The notes beneath the pieces were generated by a model. That model was not told the DNA's origin and searched no databases. It saw only the letters and a program-made list of their open reading frames with translations. The translations under genes were made by a program, and so were the position numbers. DNA of 41,033 bases from a virus. Its lineage: Duplodnaviria > Heunggongvirae > Uroviricota > Caudoviricetes. The stretch lies in the IMG/VR virus record IMGVR_UViG_3300029718_000386; one strand, given 5' to 3'. Of the stretch, positions 10,601 through 20,194 are shown piece after piece. The number at the start of each line of letters is the position of its first letter. Positions within the stretch are counted from its first letter, which is position 1.

Positions 10601-11242
10601 TGCCTTTGTGCTATTCCCAGGCGTAAATTCAAAAGATGTTCCTTTAATGCTTACTGTGCTCGCTTTGGTTGCTGACACAAAGATAGAGTCGTCGTGATGC
10701 AGCGGCTTCACATCTGCTGTAAAGTTTGCTGTAGTCTTGTCATTCACGTATAGCGCATCATCAGATTCATCGCCTGACTTGATGAACTTCACATCAGAAC
10801 TTTCATTAGTGCAAGTCAGATCAATATTCGTGATCGGTTGCAGAACAGAAAAGCTCACATCGCCGAGAACGCTGTCAGAGCCATATTTAGCCTCAATGGT
10901 TATCGTTTCACCCACCGAACCGGAAACCGTGAATTTAGCGGTCTCACTGGCTGTATAAGTGCCATCCGCAGCTTTGGCGTACTTGTAATTATTCGTACTG
11001 AAAATTGAAGAACCCTCTGTGATACTCCAGTCAAAAGCTGTGGATGTTACATCCAGAACTTGATCAGCCGAGAGCCCGTCAACACTGGCGTTTACTTCAT
11101 AAGTTACGCCGGAATAAATCTTATCTTTACTAAGATTTAAGTGTAGTTTTGGTGTCGCAGCATAAGCCATCATTGGAATGCTGAAAACAATCAGCAAACT
11201 CAAAAGTAATGCTAAAACACGCTTGGTTGTTTTGTTTAGCAT
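7685..11242 (-). CDS. Large secreted surface protein: Ig-like (Big_2) domains, YTGxxIxP repeats, C-terminal FN3 domains
   Basis: SD AAGGAGG before ATG 11242; signal peptide ending AYA|A; Big_2 motifs (TDNEKVATVD…GLITAVGKGDTRI); FN3 tail (YQLQYST…YYVRVRTYK…WSGWKSVKTK). Confidence 0.85.
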   Translation of the reverse strand: MLNKTTKRVLALLLSLLIVFSIPMMAYAATPKLHLNLSKDKIYSGVTYEVNASVDGLSADQVLDVTSTAFDWSITEGSSIFSTNNYKYAKAADGTYTASETAKFTVSGSVGETITIEAKYGSDSVLGDVSFSVLQPITNIDLTCTNESSDVKFIKSGDESDDALYVNDKTTANFTADVKPLHHDDSIFVSATKASTVSIKGTSFEFTPGNSTKAADLSFDMKVAPSSGYKYQKTVKVTRCVPLTKFTLSNGVDTINSYSKTSGNEKYASMNVVQDESFSLTAKKISPSYSNDIFNYKLYNVDSAYNIIGPADSSYMTVDKSYNVSLNIHNPGLYLLECENAAAGNILSRDLKAAVFINVTESNPATNIELRKVDTDGNITAEELQDLDLYLNVNSATYDLSQSIVVRPEGYTDSIIYLTDNEKVATVDRTTGLITAVGKGDTRIYAVSSRNTSVVASLDVHVFVGVNAITGIQKKTATLPAGHSEQLTAVVKPSQHDETISWASMNPKALTVTQNGFVTANPNYDFGNSDAVLVGVTATSQFGKTFTTYIQVVPAIRASKIDIKVGKTAELQKDDSYFVFSGTPFDISAVATSSFGAVSNDELVWRVSLSDGRLYDLETATDIFSKISKNPDGSYTLTPKISDTIAIHCYAVLGGAGITSDSVYQSVAVRVSGKATKLVAINPDTKYSTTSLVMSANTSEDLQVSMSPATAYTDDAFTCESDNDTICTVVKTGVQSFRLTSSGTAGTANITLKSKSGSKSTVLKVTVNRNIAYASVVGLENEYVYTGSRIEPSPTIKANGLTLYKNEDYTLSYSNQTNVGIAKLTITGKGDFAGSKLDLYYNIVQKDLGSGKPSADVSATVLGTYTLGTSKSVTPRLAVKYGKITLKEGTDYNIVCRNNTAAGTGIATVNGVGNYSGTFDVEFTIKDSISNAVVKNIPSVTCTGKALTPAVQLTYHGRRLTQGVDYKLSYYSNVSVGQGKVTIYGQGVFSGTVQASFNILPNAPKGVRITSVSGNSIRVSWTKDTTMSGYQILNAKTNKIVATVKGTQNTYTVSRLGYGSQYSFKVRAYKGVGGKNYYGVYSGTASAYTKPKGTSLKKLKAKSKAFAVYWNKQTSKTNGYQLQYSTNKSFKKAKTLTVSNTKTTSKTISKLSKKKVYYVRVRTYKTIGKTKIYSSWSGWKSVKTK

Positions 11243-11280
11243 AAAAGCCTCCTTCAGAAAAAAAATAATGTTAAAAATGG

Positions 11281-11308
11281 AAAAGAGGAAGCCGAAGCCT
11301 CCTCTTTT
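11281..11308 (-). terminator. Terminator hairpin (TTCG loop) downstream of dnaE and downstream of the TGCTATAAT promoter of the surface-protein gene
   Basis: AAAAGAGGAGGC TTCG GCTTCCTCTTTT. Confidence 0.7.
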
Positions 11309-11352
11309 AGTCATACAAAGAAATTATAGCAGAAACGAAGTAAAACGCAAAA

Positions 11353-12891
11353 CTAATTGAATTTCTTGGGTTTTGTCCAAGATTTCAAGATTGTTTTGTA
11401 CTGATCCGTCTCAATGTATTGCCCATCAACCTTTTTCTTTTTGCGTACCTTCTCGAACTTGCAGTTTGTAATAACATCACCTTGCTGAATGGTGTTGTTA
11501 ATATAGTAGCGCGCATCCGACACAGAACACCGCTCAATTAAACCAGTCTTCAAATTGAATAATGTAAAATACGGGTTGTTCTTTCGATCATAGGTTCTCA
11601 TCTCCATAATGTAATAATACGGAGAACGACTGTTGATGCGTGTCAAATACGTGCCGCCTGTAGCCTCTTTCTCTGTTTCCAAACGCTGTTTAAGCGGCAG
11701 ATTTTCGTCTTTGTAGGCAGAAAACACTTTGGTAAAATACAGATCCATATCAAATCCGCGAAGCATTTTTTCTGTTTCATTATGCGGCAGAGACATCAGC
11801 ACATCTAAGTCCAAATCCAAAAACGGCAATTCAGCCTTCTTGAAAGACTTATTGTGTAGCGTTGCAAACTTAAAATCACCTGTCAACGCACCCAATGTAT
11901 CGTAGATCCGCAGCAGTGTTGCATCACCACCAAATTCGTGAAAGAAGTTCAACTCGATTAAAGATTTCAAATTATTCTTTTTGATGCTGGTGTTAAGCAA
12001 GCAATCTACAATCAAGTGATAAAACGCCACGCGCTTTTCAGCGGCGGACATATTCTCCAGATTCTTGTATTCTGGCTTTTGTGCCAATTCGTACAACTCG
12101 TCTGAAGCACTTGCATTCAGGCCCTTGATAGAACCAACGCCCTTGTAAATCGCGTAATTCTCAGGATCAAATGTGTATCGACCTTTTGATTTGCCAAAAG
12201 TCGGACGATAGACGACAATTTTTCTCGGAACATCAGGAATATCGTCAGCCGTCACATGACGACCAGAATAAGCGGAAATGATTTCAGCTTTGCGCTTCTT
12301 AACTACCGGATCATTCAAGTATGAAATATCCAGCTCGTCTGCCAACGTGTCACCTTTCACAATGTCGTCGTTAGACTTTGCTGCATTCAGATAACCGATA
12401 ATGAACTCCGCCGGAAAATAGGTCCGGAAGAATACGCACTTGTAACCAACCATGGAATAACCGGTAGCGTGGTTGCGTCCAAACATATAAGACGAAGCGT
12501 CCTTGATAATCTGAATGAATGTTTTAGCTTCCTGCTCTGCCTGCTCTCTTGGATGGCTGGATTTTTCACAGTATCCCTCGAGTATTTTCGGCATTGCTTC
12601 CTGCAAACGTTTTTCTTCTTTGTGTGCAATACCTCGACGAATATTATCTGCTTCAGAACCAGACAATCCGCAGATTTCCTGCAAGAAGCGGATAATATCC
12701 TCTTGATACACAAGATAACCATTATTGGCAGCCAGCAGTTCGTCGATCTCTTTCGATGGATTTTTATTTGGAATTCCAGCAATCAAATTGTCACGATACG
12801 ACGCGCCGGAAGGTCTTAAGGCTGCATTTACAAGCGTCATGTCATCGACACAATGCGGCCCAAATTCACTTAGTAATTTATAAGCATAATT
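11353..12891 (-). CDS. dnaE: DNA polymerase III alpha, exon 3
   Basis: Begins NYAYKLL… after intron terminal G; VNAALRP, LVYQED, SYMFGRNHATGY, HhH GVGSIKGL motifs. Spliced product is 1210 aa. Confidence 0.9.
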   Translation of the reverse strand, partial: NYAYKLLSEFGPHCVDDMTLVNAALRPSGASYRDNLIAGIPNKNPSKEIDELLAANNGYLVYQEDIIRFLQEICGLSGSEADNIRRGIAHKEEKRLQEAMPKILEGYCEKSSHPREQAEQEAKTFIQIIKDASSYMFGRNHATGYSMVGYKCVFFRTYFPAEFIIGYLNAAKSNDDIVKGDTLADELDISYLNDPVVKKRKAEIISAYSGRHVTADDIPDVPRKIVVYRPTFGKSKGRYTFDPENYAIYKGVGSIKGLNASASDELYELAQKPEYKNLENMSAAEKRVAFYHLIVDCLLNTSIKKNNLKSLIELNFFHEFGGDATLLRIYDTLGALTGDFKFATLHNKSFKKAELPFLDLDLDVLMSLPHNETEKMLRGFDMDLYFTKVFSAYKDENLPLKQRLETEKEATGGTYLTRINSRSPYYYIMEMRTYDRKNNPYFTLFNLKTGLIERCSVSDARYYINNTIQQGDVITNCKFEKVRKKKKVDGQYIETDQYKTILKSWTKPKKFN

Positions 12892-13335
12892 CGTTTTACA
12901 TTTGTATTTCTACAAATCCCGACTATCTCTTTCATTGCTTTCTGTTACCAAAAGCAACTACTCTGCACTTCCAACCAAGGAATTTCGCCTTAATTGTACT
13001 CTACTCACTTCCGAGCACGCTATTTCTTTCGCACCCGTGTTTTCGATAGTCTGTACACTAAAAGATTGGATTTACGAATCCAAAAGTCCACCCCTTGTGT
13101 GTCTTTTTGTATCCATTTGCTACTTTTTTATTTTTACCAATCAATCAGCACGGTATTCCCTTGAACTCGCCACATAGGTGGCTTAGGGTTTCTTAGTCAG
13201 CTTATTCGTCTATGGTCTATGTCCTGTTATCGGTTTACTCTCAACAGGAAGTCTTATTTCGCTGATACCGTTAGCGGTTTAAAACCACACCCTATTTTTA
13301 TAGGTTCACAGAGTTTAATGAGAGCAATTATGTCT
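12892..13335 (-). ncRNA. Group I intron 2 in dnaE (444 nt, no ORF)
   Basis: 5' exon GAGGGU pairs with IGS GCUCUC (U.G at splice site); P10 AUAAUU pairs with 3' exon AAUUAU; core R GUACAGACUA and S AAGAGAUAGUC; ends in G; splicing restores GIFQFEG|NYAY. Confidence 0.92.
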
Positions 13336-14058
13336 ACCCTCAAATTGAAAAATTCCAATCGGAGAATCCATCATATGTTTCCATACAATCGGATCTCCCC
13401 AATCCATCTCGTGAGACAACGGTACGCGTATACCGGCAGTTTCACAAGTTAATCGCAGAATCTGCATCTGCTTTAGGCCCAAAATGTCGTACTTAACCAA
13501 CGATACATCGTGACACTCATCCATATCAATAGACAGCACACGTTTGCCATCATTCATAAACACACCGTAATCCCGGAAAAGGTCTACTCTTGATGGAGCG
13601 ACGATAATGCCTGCAGGATGAATACCATGGGACACCGGAACGCCAAACAAGCCATTGTAATATCGAATAATATTCGGATATTTATCACGAACTGCCTGCG
13701 TGTTCTGCTTATGATAAGCAATGACATTACGAATCTCTTCTTCTGTTGCGTCCTTCTTCGCACCCCAGGCACGAATGTGCTCAATCTCGGCATCAGAACC
13801 AAAGCCCAACTGTTCTTTGACTTCTTCAAAAAATTCTGGGAATTTCTTGATGAGTTTCTCATTATTCTCTTTGAACGTGGATTTTAGTTCAGCAGCCTCA
13901 TCAAGCGGAATATCATAAGCACGACACAACGAGTCAATGGTAGCTAACGCCTTAATTGTCCCGAATGAGATAATATAAGCCGTCTGCTTCTCCGGATAAC
14001 TGTTAATGATGTAGTCATACACCATTTGACGTTGATCGGGCGAGATATCGACATCGAT
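13336..14058 (-). CDS. dnaE: DNA polymerase III alpha, exon 2
   Basis: IDVDISPDQRQMVYDYI…HGIHPAGII…LVKYDILGL…GIFQFEG (241 codons). Confidence 0.92.
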
Positions 14059-15448
14059 CCTTTACACCCTTGCTTTCGCAATACTTTAACACCGATTTAA
14101 CGGTGGGAGTAGACTATCTCTTGTTCTTTAACAACCTGTTACCAGTTGAAAAAGACCTTGGCACTTCCCCAAACACAATTAGTGACCAAATCATTTCAGA
14201 TTTGTGGTACTCTACTTGCGACATACAGCTAATGCTGCATTTCAGATCAATGTTATTTTTTTGAGCACATCTTTCAACATTTCTGTTTGTAATCTGAGTC
14301 GTTTTCGATAGTCGTTACACCTTCCCTGTATTAGGGCTTGGCACGGTATCCGCTGCTATCCGTATCCGGACCGTAGCATCTCTTACGAAGCGTATTCGCC
14401 TATGGACAGCTGCTCTTGCAGCCGGTCTTGGATATGTCACCAAGACAGTCTTATTTAACTTCTACCGTTAGCACTTAAATCTATTGATTCAAGAACACCC
14501 CGCAAATACGGGTTCACCAAGTTGTTTTACGCTGCATCACTGCAGCGGGTGACCTTTTGTTGTTTGTAAAACTTGTACTTTCTGTCTAAAAATACACTAG
14601 AATCAAGATAAATATAGTCTAAAAATTTCATTGCCTGAATATTTCCACCGAACTTAAAATTAGAAACCACCTGATATGGCCTTCTTTTTCTTAATGGATA
14701 AAATCGACGAATAACGCCAGCGTTTTTCAGTTCTTCTTGAATTGAAATAAGCATAGAATCTGTTCCTACAAATCCAATATTAAGATCTTTCGGAACACCA
14801 TGTTTCTTTTGCATCCAAACGCTACCATCTCCGTCAAAATACCCACGGATAAAGTCTCTAGTTAAAGAAGGATCGATTGAAGGAAAACAAAGGACATTTG
14901 ACTTATGTTCAACAACGCCATGCGTTTTTAAATCATCCACCAAATGTTGACTTGAAAAAACAATTCTGCAATATTCTTTTCCAACCGCATACCCCGCACT
15001 TTCCCTATAAATTTTTACTTCCACATTTCCATTCAAGGCACGATTGAGTTTTTCTAAATGCGTTCTGTCCTCAATTGATAGCGCAATGCCAAGCGATTGA
15101 CTTTCTCTTACTCTTTTGGTTGTTATGTATCCATCAGCATAAATAAATCCCAACCAGTAAGCTTTTTCGGGAGTATCAATTGTGTGAAAGTATCGATCAT
15201 CAAAATAATATTTGCGCGAATTGATTTTATTACTTCTAAGTTTGAATCCAAATTTAGAAAACAATCGATATAATGTTTGTGGTTTAATTTTTAGTTCTTT
15301 AGCAATTTGGTATACAGACTTACCATTTTTGATATATTCATCTATGTATAATTTAGTGACTTGATCTTCATGTGTTTTAGAATCGAATTGAAGTTTCATA
15401 CAGTACACTCCATAATAATGTAATTATTGCAACTGTACTATTTTGTTG
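14059..15448 (-). mobile_element. Group I intron 1 in dnaE (1390 nt) with homing endonuclease in the P1 loop
   Basis: 5' exon GGUGAU pairs with IGS GUCACC (14553-14548); P2 CGCUGCA-GUGA-UGCAGCG; Q AUACCGUGCCAAG, R GUAACGACUA, S AAGAGAUAGUCUA; terminal G; splicing restores ELGD|IDVD. Confidence 0.92.
14527..15399 (-). CDS. Intron-encoded double-motif LAGLIDADG homing endonuclease with N-terminal HTH
   Basis: AYWLGFIYADGY and DFIRGYFDGDGS motifs; HTH SVYQIAKELKIKPQTLYRLF; SD GGAG before ATG 15399; AT-rich relative to flanks. Confidence 0.9.
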   Translation of the reverse strand: MKLQFDSKTHEDQVTKLYIDEYIKNGKSVYQIAKELKIKPQTLYRLFSKFGFKLRSNKINSRKYYFDDRYFHTIDTPEKAYWLGFIYADGYITTKRVRESQSLGIALSIEDRTHLEKLNRALNGNVEVKIYRESAGYAVGKEYCRIVFSSQHLVDDLKTHGVVEHKSNVLCFPSIDPSLTRDFIRGYFDGDGSVWMQKKHGVPKDLNIGFVGTDSMLISIQEELKNAGVIRRFYPLRKRRPYQVVSNFKFGGNIQAMKFLDYIYLDSSVFLDRKYKFYKQQKVTRCSDAA

Positions 15449-16819
15449 ATCACCAAGCTCAATTCTGTCTTCGTTCGCAAACCGTGAAAATACTGTTTTC
15501 CGCTTAATTGGATCCAAGTCAATGATGTCTACAATGTAGGCAACCAAACAACCACCAACAGATCCACGACACGGAGAAACCGGGATGTTATTCTCTCGGC
15601 AAAACGTCATGAGATTTGACATGAACAAAATGAATCCTGTCATACCGATTTTGTCCAATACACGGAACTCTTCACGGATACGGTCCAAATAAATTCGCAC
15701 CATATTGTCCGGAATAATTCCAGCCTGTCTCTTCTGAACAAATCGCTCATTGATTCGTTCTTTCAAAGCCTGCTTTGTATTGTCCACACCGGGAATGTCG
15801 TTATACTTAAAGCTCTTATCAAGTTCAAAGTCCTCAACCTGATCGGCCATCCGATTGGTGTTCTCAATGGCACGCATATAAACCTCTTCAGGCAGAACGC
15901 CCTGGGCCTTATAAGCCGCAACCAATTCGTCGTAAGTTTTCCAGGTCATATCAAATTCGTCTTCATATGATAGAAAATCGACATTGCCTGTTTTTCGCTT
16001 ACTTTCCATCAGAAGGATACGACATTCAGCACCATATTCGTCAACAGCATGTGTATCTGTTCCAGCAATTAATTCTTTGTGATACTTCTTAGCATACTTC
16101 CAAAGCATTAAGTTAGCTTTTTTCTGCTCGTCGGACTTCACGTGATGCTGTACTTCAAGATAATCGAATTTTTTCAAGAGCGGAATATACATAGCCTTGA
16201 GATACTGAATGTTTTCTTCCAGCAACTTCAATGCAGCTTCCTTTTCCTGAATGGTTTCATTCAGTTTTTGAAGTTTCGCCTCTGTTTTTTTGGTTTGCTT
16301 ACTGGCGATCAGTTTGTTGTATTCCGCATTATACGCTACTATCAGAGCATCTTCTTTTTGAATTTTATCTTCCAAAGAGCGAATAGTATTTGGAATTTGC
16401 CACAACGGACCACCAAGACATGCGGACGTTGTAATCACATTGTCCGAAATATTCAGAAAATCTTCGAATGTAATTCGTCGTCTGAAATAGAAATTCTCAG
16501 ACGATTTAGAAAACAACCTATTGATTTCCTCCACGCCTTCATGATTTTTTGCCAACAACACGACATGATAATTGTCGCGAATTCTTTCAAATTTGTCGCT
16601 TTGCGTCAAGTAGGCTTCCATTCCATGAATGTACTTAATTCCCTTCTTGTCACAATACATTTTTTTAGCAATCCAACACCACTGATTCCCATGCTCAGTA
16701 AATGCAATTGCTTTGCCGCCTTCAGCAGCAACAAGATCCACATAACGCTGGAACGGCGTCGTGCTATCCAACAATGAGAAAAAACTGTGCATGTGGTATC
16801 TCGTATATAGGTTTGACAC
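15449..16819 (-). CDS. dnaE: DNA polymerase III alpha, exon 1 (PHP domain and start of palm)
   Basis: YHMHS…SLLD, FTEHG, GMEAY, TDTH, RGSVGGCLVAY, FSRFAN motifs; SD GAGGAGG with GTG start. Confidence 0.93.
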
Positions 16820-16865
16820 TTAAAGCACCTCCTCAATCTATTAATACTTTTATATTTGAAAAATG

Positions 16866-16900
16866 AAAAAATCCGACCAACGCTTAATGCGATAGACGGA
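16866..16900 (-). terminator. Leader terminator upstream of dnaE
   Basis: TCCGTCTATCGC…GCGTTGGTCGGA + T6, between TGATATAAT (16940-16932) and the class B motif (16847-16838). Confidence 0.6.
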
Positions 16901-16955
16901 CTCTTTTTTGTGTGAAACAACCTATAATCTAATTATATCAGATTTTGGACAAAAC

Positions 16956-16982
16956 AAAAAAGAGAGCCACATAGACTCTCTT
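16956..16982 (-). terminator. Intrinsic terminator
   Basis: AAGAGAGTC TATGT GGCTCTCTTTTT. Confidence 0.7.
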
Positions 16983-16996
16983 GATTAAATAAGTTT

Positions 16997-17236
16997 TCAT
17001 TCATTAAGCAAAACAAAAACAAAGCCATCACATCTTTCAGTTTTGTTATTTGGATAATTTCTAACGGCTTTTTCGATACTGCTTAAAGGCAAATATTTAC
17101 ACACTTTACCTCTTTTAGAAGTAAATTGATATAATTCATCGCTAAAAACAATTGTATCTTTATTTTGCTTTTTTATAGACTCAACAAAATAACAAAATGC
17201 TTTTCGCCGATTCTTTTCCCTTTCTGCTAAAAACAC
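16997..17236 (-). CDS. Hypothetical protein
   Basis: SD AGGAG, GTG start, 79 aa. Confidence 0.6.
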   Translation of the reverse strand: MFLAEREKNRRKAFCYFVESIKKQNKDTIVFSDELYQFTSKRGKVCKYLPLSSIEKAVRNYPNNKTERCDGFVFVLLNE

Positions 17237-17341
17237 ACTTTTCTCCTATATATATTAATTGCCAGCTCAAATAAACAAAAAAACAGGGAAGCCAAATTAA
17301 TGACTCCTCTGCAAATTTGGCCAACCGGCCAGTTCGTCAGT

Positions 17342-17593
17342 TCAGCACAGTGTGAACTTGTATGTACCGTTACCGGCATGGATGGTCACAAGATCATCCC
17401 TGGTTTCGATGCTTTCAAAATTCGGGACATGCAGCTTAACATTACTGTCGTCCTGAACAATGATCTGCACACAGGTGTGCTGATTATCATTGCCCGTAAA
17501 CATGAAAGCCGTACATACACGGTCAAACAAAATACCACGGACAGAATCCGGGCAAGAAATGCACTTGCCGGTCATACGCATATAGTTTGTCAT
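17342..17593 (-). CDS. Hypothetical protein
   Basis: Strong SD AAGGAGG, ATG, 83 aa. Confidence 0.7.
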   Translation of the reverse strand: MTNYMRMTGKCISCPDSVRGILFDRVCTAFMFTGNDNQHTCVQIIVQDDSNVKLHVPNFESIETRDDLVTIHAGNGTYKFTLC

Positions 17594-17607
17594 TGTTAAT
17601 CCTCCTT

Positions 17608-17651
17608 AAAAATAGAGCCCTCCAGTTTCATCGGCTAATGAACTGAAGGGC
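17608..17651 (-). terminator. Leader terminator immediately before an SD
   Basis: GCCCTTCAGTT…AACTGGAGGGC TCTATTTTT then AAGGAGG; extended -10 at about 17711-17720. Confidence 0.6.
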
Positions 17652-17740
17652 AAAATAATGTTTTTTTGACTTTACTTTACTTATACTACACAGTGTAACT
17701 GTATGAAATAATTATAACACATTTTTGCATTTGCAAGAAA

Positions 17741-18244
17741 TTATGCGTGCCAAATCAAGTCAGCATACTCAAATACACCATCAAGTGGCAAATAAAAAGA
17801 ACCGGACACAATGTCAGACTCTGCCTCCTTAGGAGACACATCAAGCTTTATCTTTCCGTTTTCCGGATCGTATCTAAAGAACAATGTAATCGTTGTCATA
17901 CCATTAGGGACAACTTTCTTTTCTTCAGAGTTGGTCGTAGTGAGACTATTTACGGAAGACAATTCTTTTCCTTTTTGATATGCCTGCACTTTTATCACAT
18001 CTTTGAATGCAGCTTTATCTTTCGACTGATTCTTGAATGTAAATTTGCATACATAGACACCCTTTGATTTGTTTCCTGCGTAAGAGATCAACTGCACTCT
18101 GGCATTATCAAGTGAAATCATGTCCATAGGCTTACTGTCTGCCATTTTTTCGTAAGAAGGACTACATCCTGCAAAGACAATACACATTGTAATAAACAGA
18201 AACAACAACGCTATGCATTTTTTAGTTGAAACGATATTTTTCAA
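17741..18244 (-). CDS. Lipoprotein, DUF5067-like Ig fold
   Basis: Lipobox FAG|C; FTFKNQS…VQAYQKGKEL…VVPNG pattern. Confidence 0.7.
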   Translation of the reverse strand: MKNIVSTKKCIALLFLFITMCIVFAGCSPSYEKMADSKPMDMISLDNARVQLISYAGNKSKGVYVCKFTFKNQSKDKAAFKDVIKVQAYQKGKELSSVNSLTTTNSEEKKVVPNGMTTITLFFRYDPENGKIKLDVSPKEAESDIVSGSFYLPLDGVFEYADLIWHA

Positions 18245-18466
18245 TTTTTACACCTCTCAAATTTAATTTTCCCAATAATCGGAGAACAAGTTTCGTTGCT
18301 TGCATTTTAAAAGCATCTCAACACCGTGATACATGATAACGGATTGAAAGCACAAAGCATAAACAGCAATGCACTTGTTTACACCAACGATTATGGTTTT
18401 CTCCATAGTTATACCACAAAGTATAATACCGCTGAGTATATTTGTTACTGACAAATTCTTGTTTGC

Positions 18467-20194
18467 TTATGCAGCATGGTTTAAGCCATACGCCGCACTT
18501 TCGGATATTGCATTGTTTGTATTGTCGAATAACTTAAGACACCCTTTAGTGCTCGAGTCTACGGATGCAGCACTGTCAGACAATTGTGTAGAGACAGCAA
18601 AGGGCTGACAGAATGCATCTAATACAGACGCACAGATCTTGGGGTGTAGGGCTATATAATGCTGTAGTGTATTAAGTGAGTTATGCCTACGGAGAATATT
18701 ATATACTTGACAAAACGAACCATCAGCACATGAAGAAAGAAGGCCCCGTTTCAGCATATTTTCAACATTCGCATCAGAATTTTGAGCAGCACGAGAAAGC
18801 CCTGCTCTCACAGGACCATTTTTAATCAGAAGAGCGGCTTGACGCAATTCAGCAACTAATCTTTTTATTTCTTTTTCAAATGCCTTTTTGCTACAGTTTA
18901 AAGACCAGAAAAGAAATCCGCCCTCACGGAGCATAGCGGCGCGCATGTGTTTGACACAGGATACACTGAGACCTACCCGTTCAGCCGTCTGGACAACCGT
19001 CATGCCCTGCATTGCAGCCTTTGCAATCGCAACCTTATTACTCCAGGTTCTTTCTTTTCTGTTTCCGGGTCGCTTTGCAGCAAACATTAGTTTCTTTTCA
19101 TCTGCAGTTAATTCCAAAACATCAGAAATGTACTTATTTGTAAAACGATAAACGTTCTTTTGCCGCAAAATTGCCTGAAGTTCACAAGAAGCCAGTGGCA
19201 TTGCAAATCCAGCATTAAATGTATTGAGAGCCGTTTCGATTTCTTCAACAGGCTTGTTCATAGAACGCATAGAGCTTGCAATAATATGGCAAGCAAACTC
19301 TCGACAGCCATCGAAAGACTTTCCGTTTTTCTGCAGCGCAAACAAGCCCTGCACCCGCCTGTTGGGTACACGGTTCTTTGTACTTACACCGTATTTTTTA
19401 CCCTTTTTGACCTTACAAGACTTCTCTTTATTTGTTCGGCTATATAATTTTGCCTTTTCTTTATAATCCGCCATCTTAGCGCGGTTGATTTCAATTTGTT
19501 CATCAAAATAGGTAAAAATGTCCTGATAGCTATATCGCTCGACACCGGTTTTAAAGCAAACACAACGACGACCAGTTTTTGGATTTATGCTGCCAGGCAC
19601 ACGATCATAACGCTGTGGATCTACAGTTTTCATATCTACCCGGTAATGGGCAAATGTTCCGTTTTCTTTATGTGCGGTTGGCGCAATCCCACAAGTATCG
19701 AGATATTCTTGAATTCGTTTGTTGATCAGCTGCTTCAAGTAGCGCAACGACTTATGCATAGATGCCGGAATGTGTCCAAAAGTAAAGTACAGATGAATAC
19801 CGCCGCCACCGGAAAAAGAAACCAGGTTCGGTTCAGGCAGTTTTTTATCGATAACCCATAACCAAGACAAGGCCCTGTAGAGTTCTTCCTCTCGTCCAAC
19901 TAATTCAACATCTGCATCAATATCGACCATAATGCAGTCCGCACGCCATAAAGACCGCAGCGTGCGCAACACAGCGTCCTTAGCAGGATTATATGAGTTC
20001 AATGTAGCGAAAACAGAGCAGTCTTCTCTTATTAGATCATTCGCAATCATATTGATACAAGAACCAACTGCGCCTGAACTGTGTTTTTGGAGATGATTTT
20101 GATTTGCAAACACGAAGAGCCCACCGTCTTGCTTGCTCTCGTGCAGCGTATCAAAGTATAACTTTACCTGATTAAAAATCTCTTGATTTGTCAG
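18467..20194 (-). CDS. Plasmid-type replication initiator / AEP primase-like Rep with helical domain and HTH
   Basis: AEP motifs VDID, SGGGGIHLYF, RVPGSINPKTG; HTH TVVQTAERVGLSVSCVKH; SD AAAGGAG precedes an in-frame CTG at 20194 (27 codons upstream of the ORF-track start). Confidence 0.7.
   Translation of the reverse strand: MTNQEIFNQVKLYFDTLHESKQDGGLFVFANQNHLQKHSSGAVGSCINMIANDLIREDCSVFATLNSYNPAKDAVLRTLRSLWRADCIMVDIDADVELVGREEELYRALSWLWVIDKKLPEPNLVSFSGGGGIHLYFTFGHIPASMHKSLRYLKQLINKRIQEYLDTCGIAPTAHKENGTFAHYRVDMKTVDPQRYDRVPGSINPKTGRRCVCFKTGVERYSYQDIFTYFDEQIEINRAKMADYKEKAKLYSRTNKEKSCKVKKGKKYGVSTKNRVPNRRVQGLFALQKNGKSFDGCREFACHIIASSMRSMNKPVEEIETALNTFNAGFAMPLASCELQAILRQKNVYRFTNKYISDVLELTADEKKLMFAAKRPGNRKERTWSNKVAIAKAAMQGMTVVQTAERVGLSVSCVKHMRAAMLREGGFLFWSLNCSKKAFEKEIKRLVAELRQAALLIKNGPVRAGLSRAAQNSDANVENMLKRGLLSSCADGSFCQVYNILRRHNSLNTLQHYIALHPKICASVLDAFCQPFAVSTQLSDSAASVDSSTKGCLKLFDNTNNAISESAAYGLNHAA

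Noticed and set aside
11353..16819. dnaE as a pseudogene or a split-intein gene
   Set aside because: No intein motifs at the fragment ends; group I intron cores and exact in-frame junctions explain the breaks.
18263..18454. 63-aa ORF downstream of Rep
   Set aside because: No convincing SD or motif; cannot be supported as coding.
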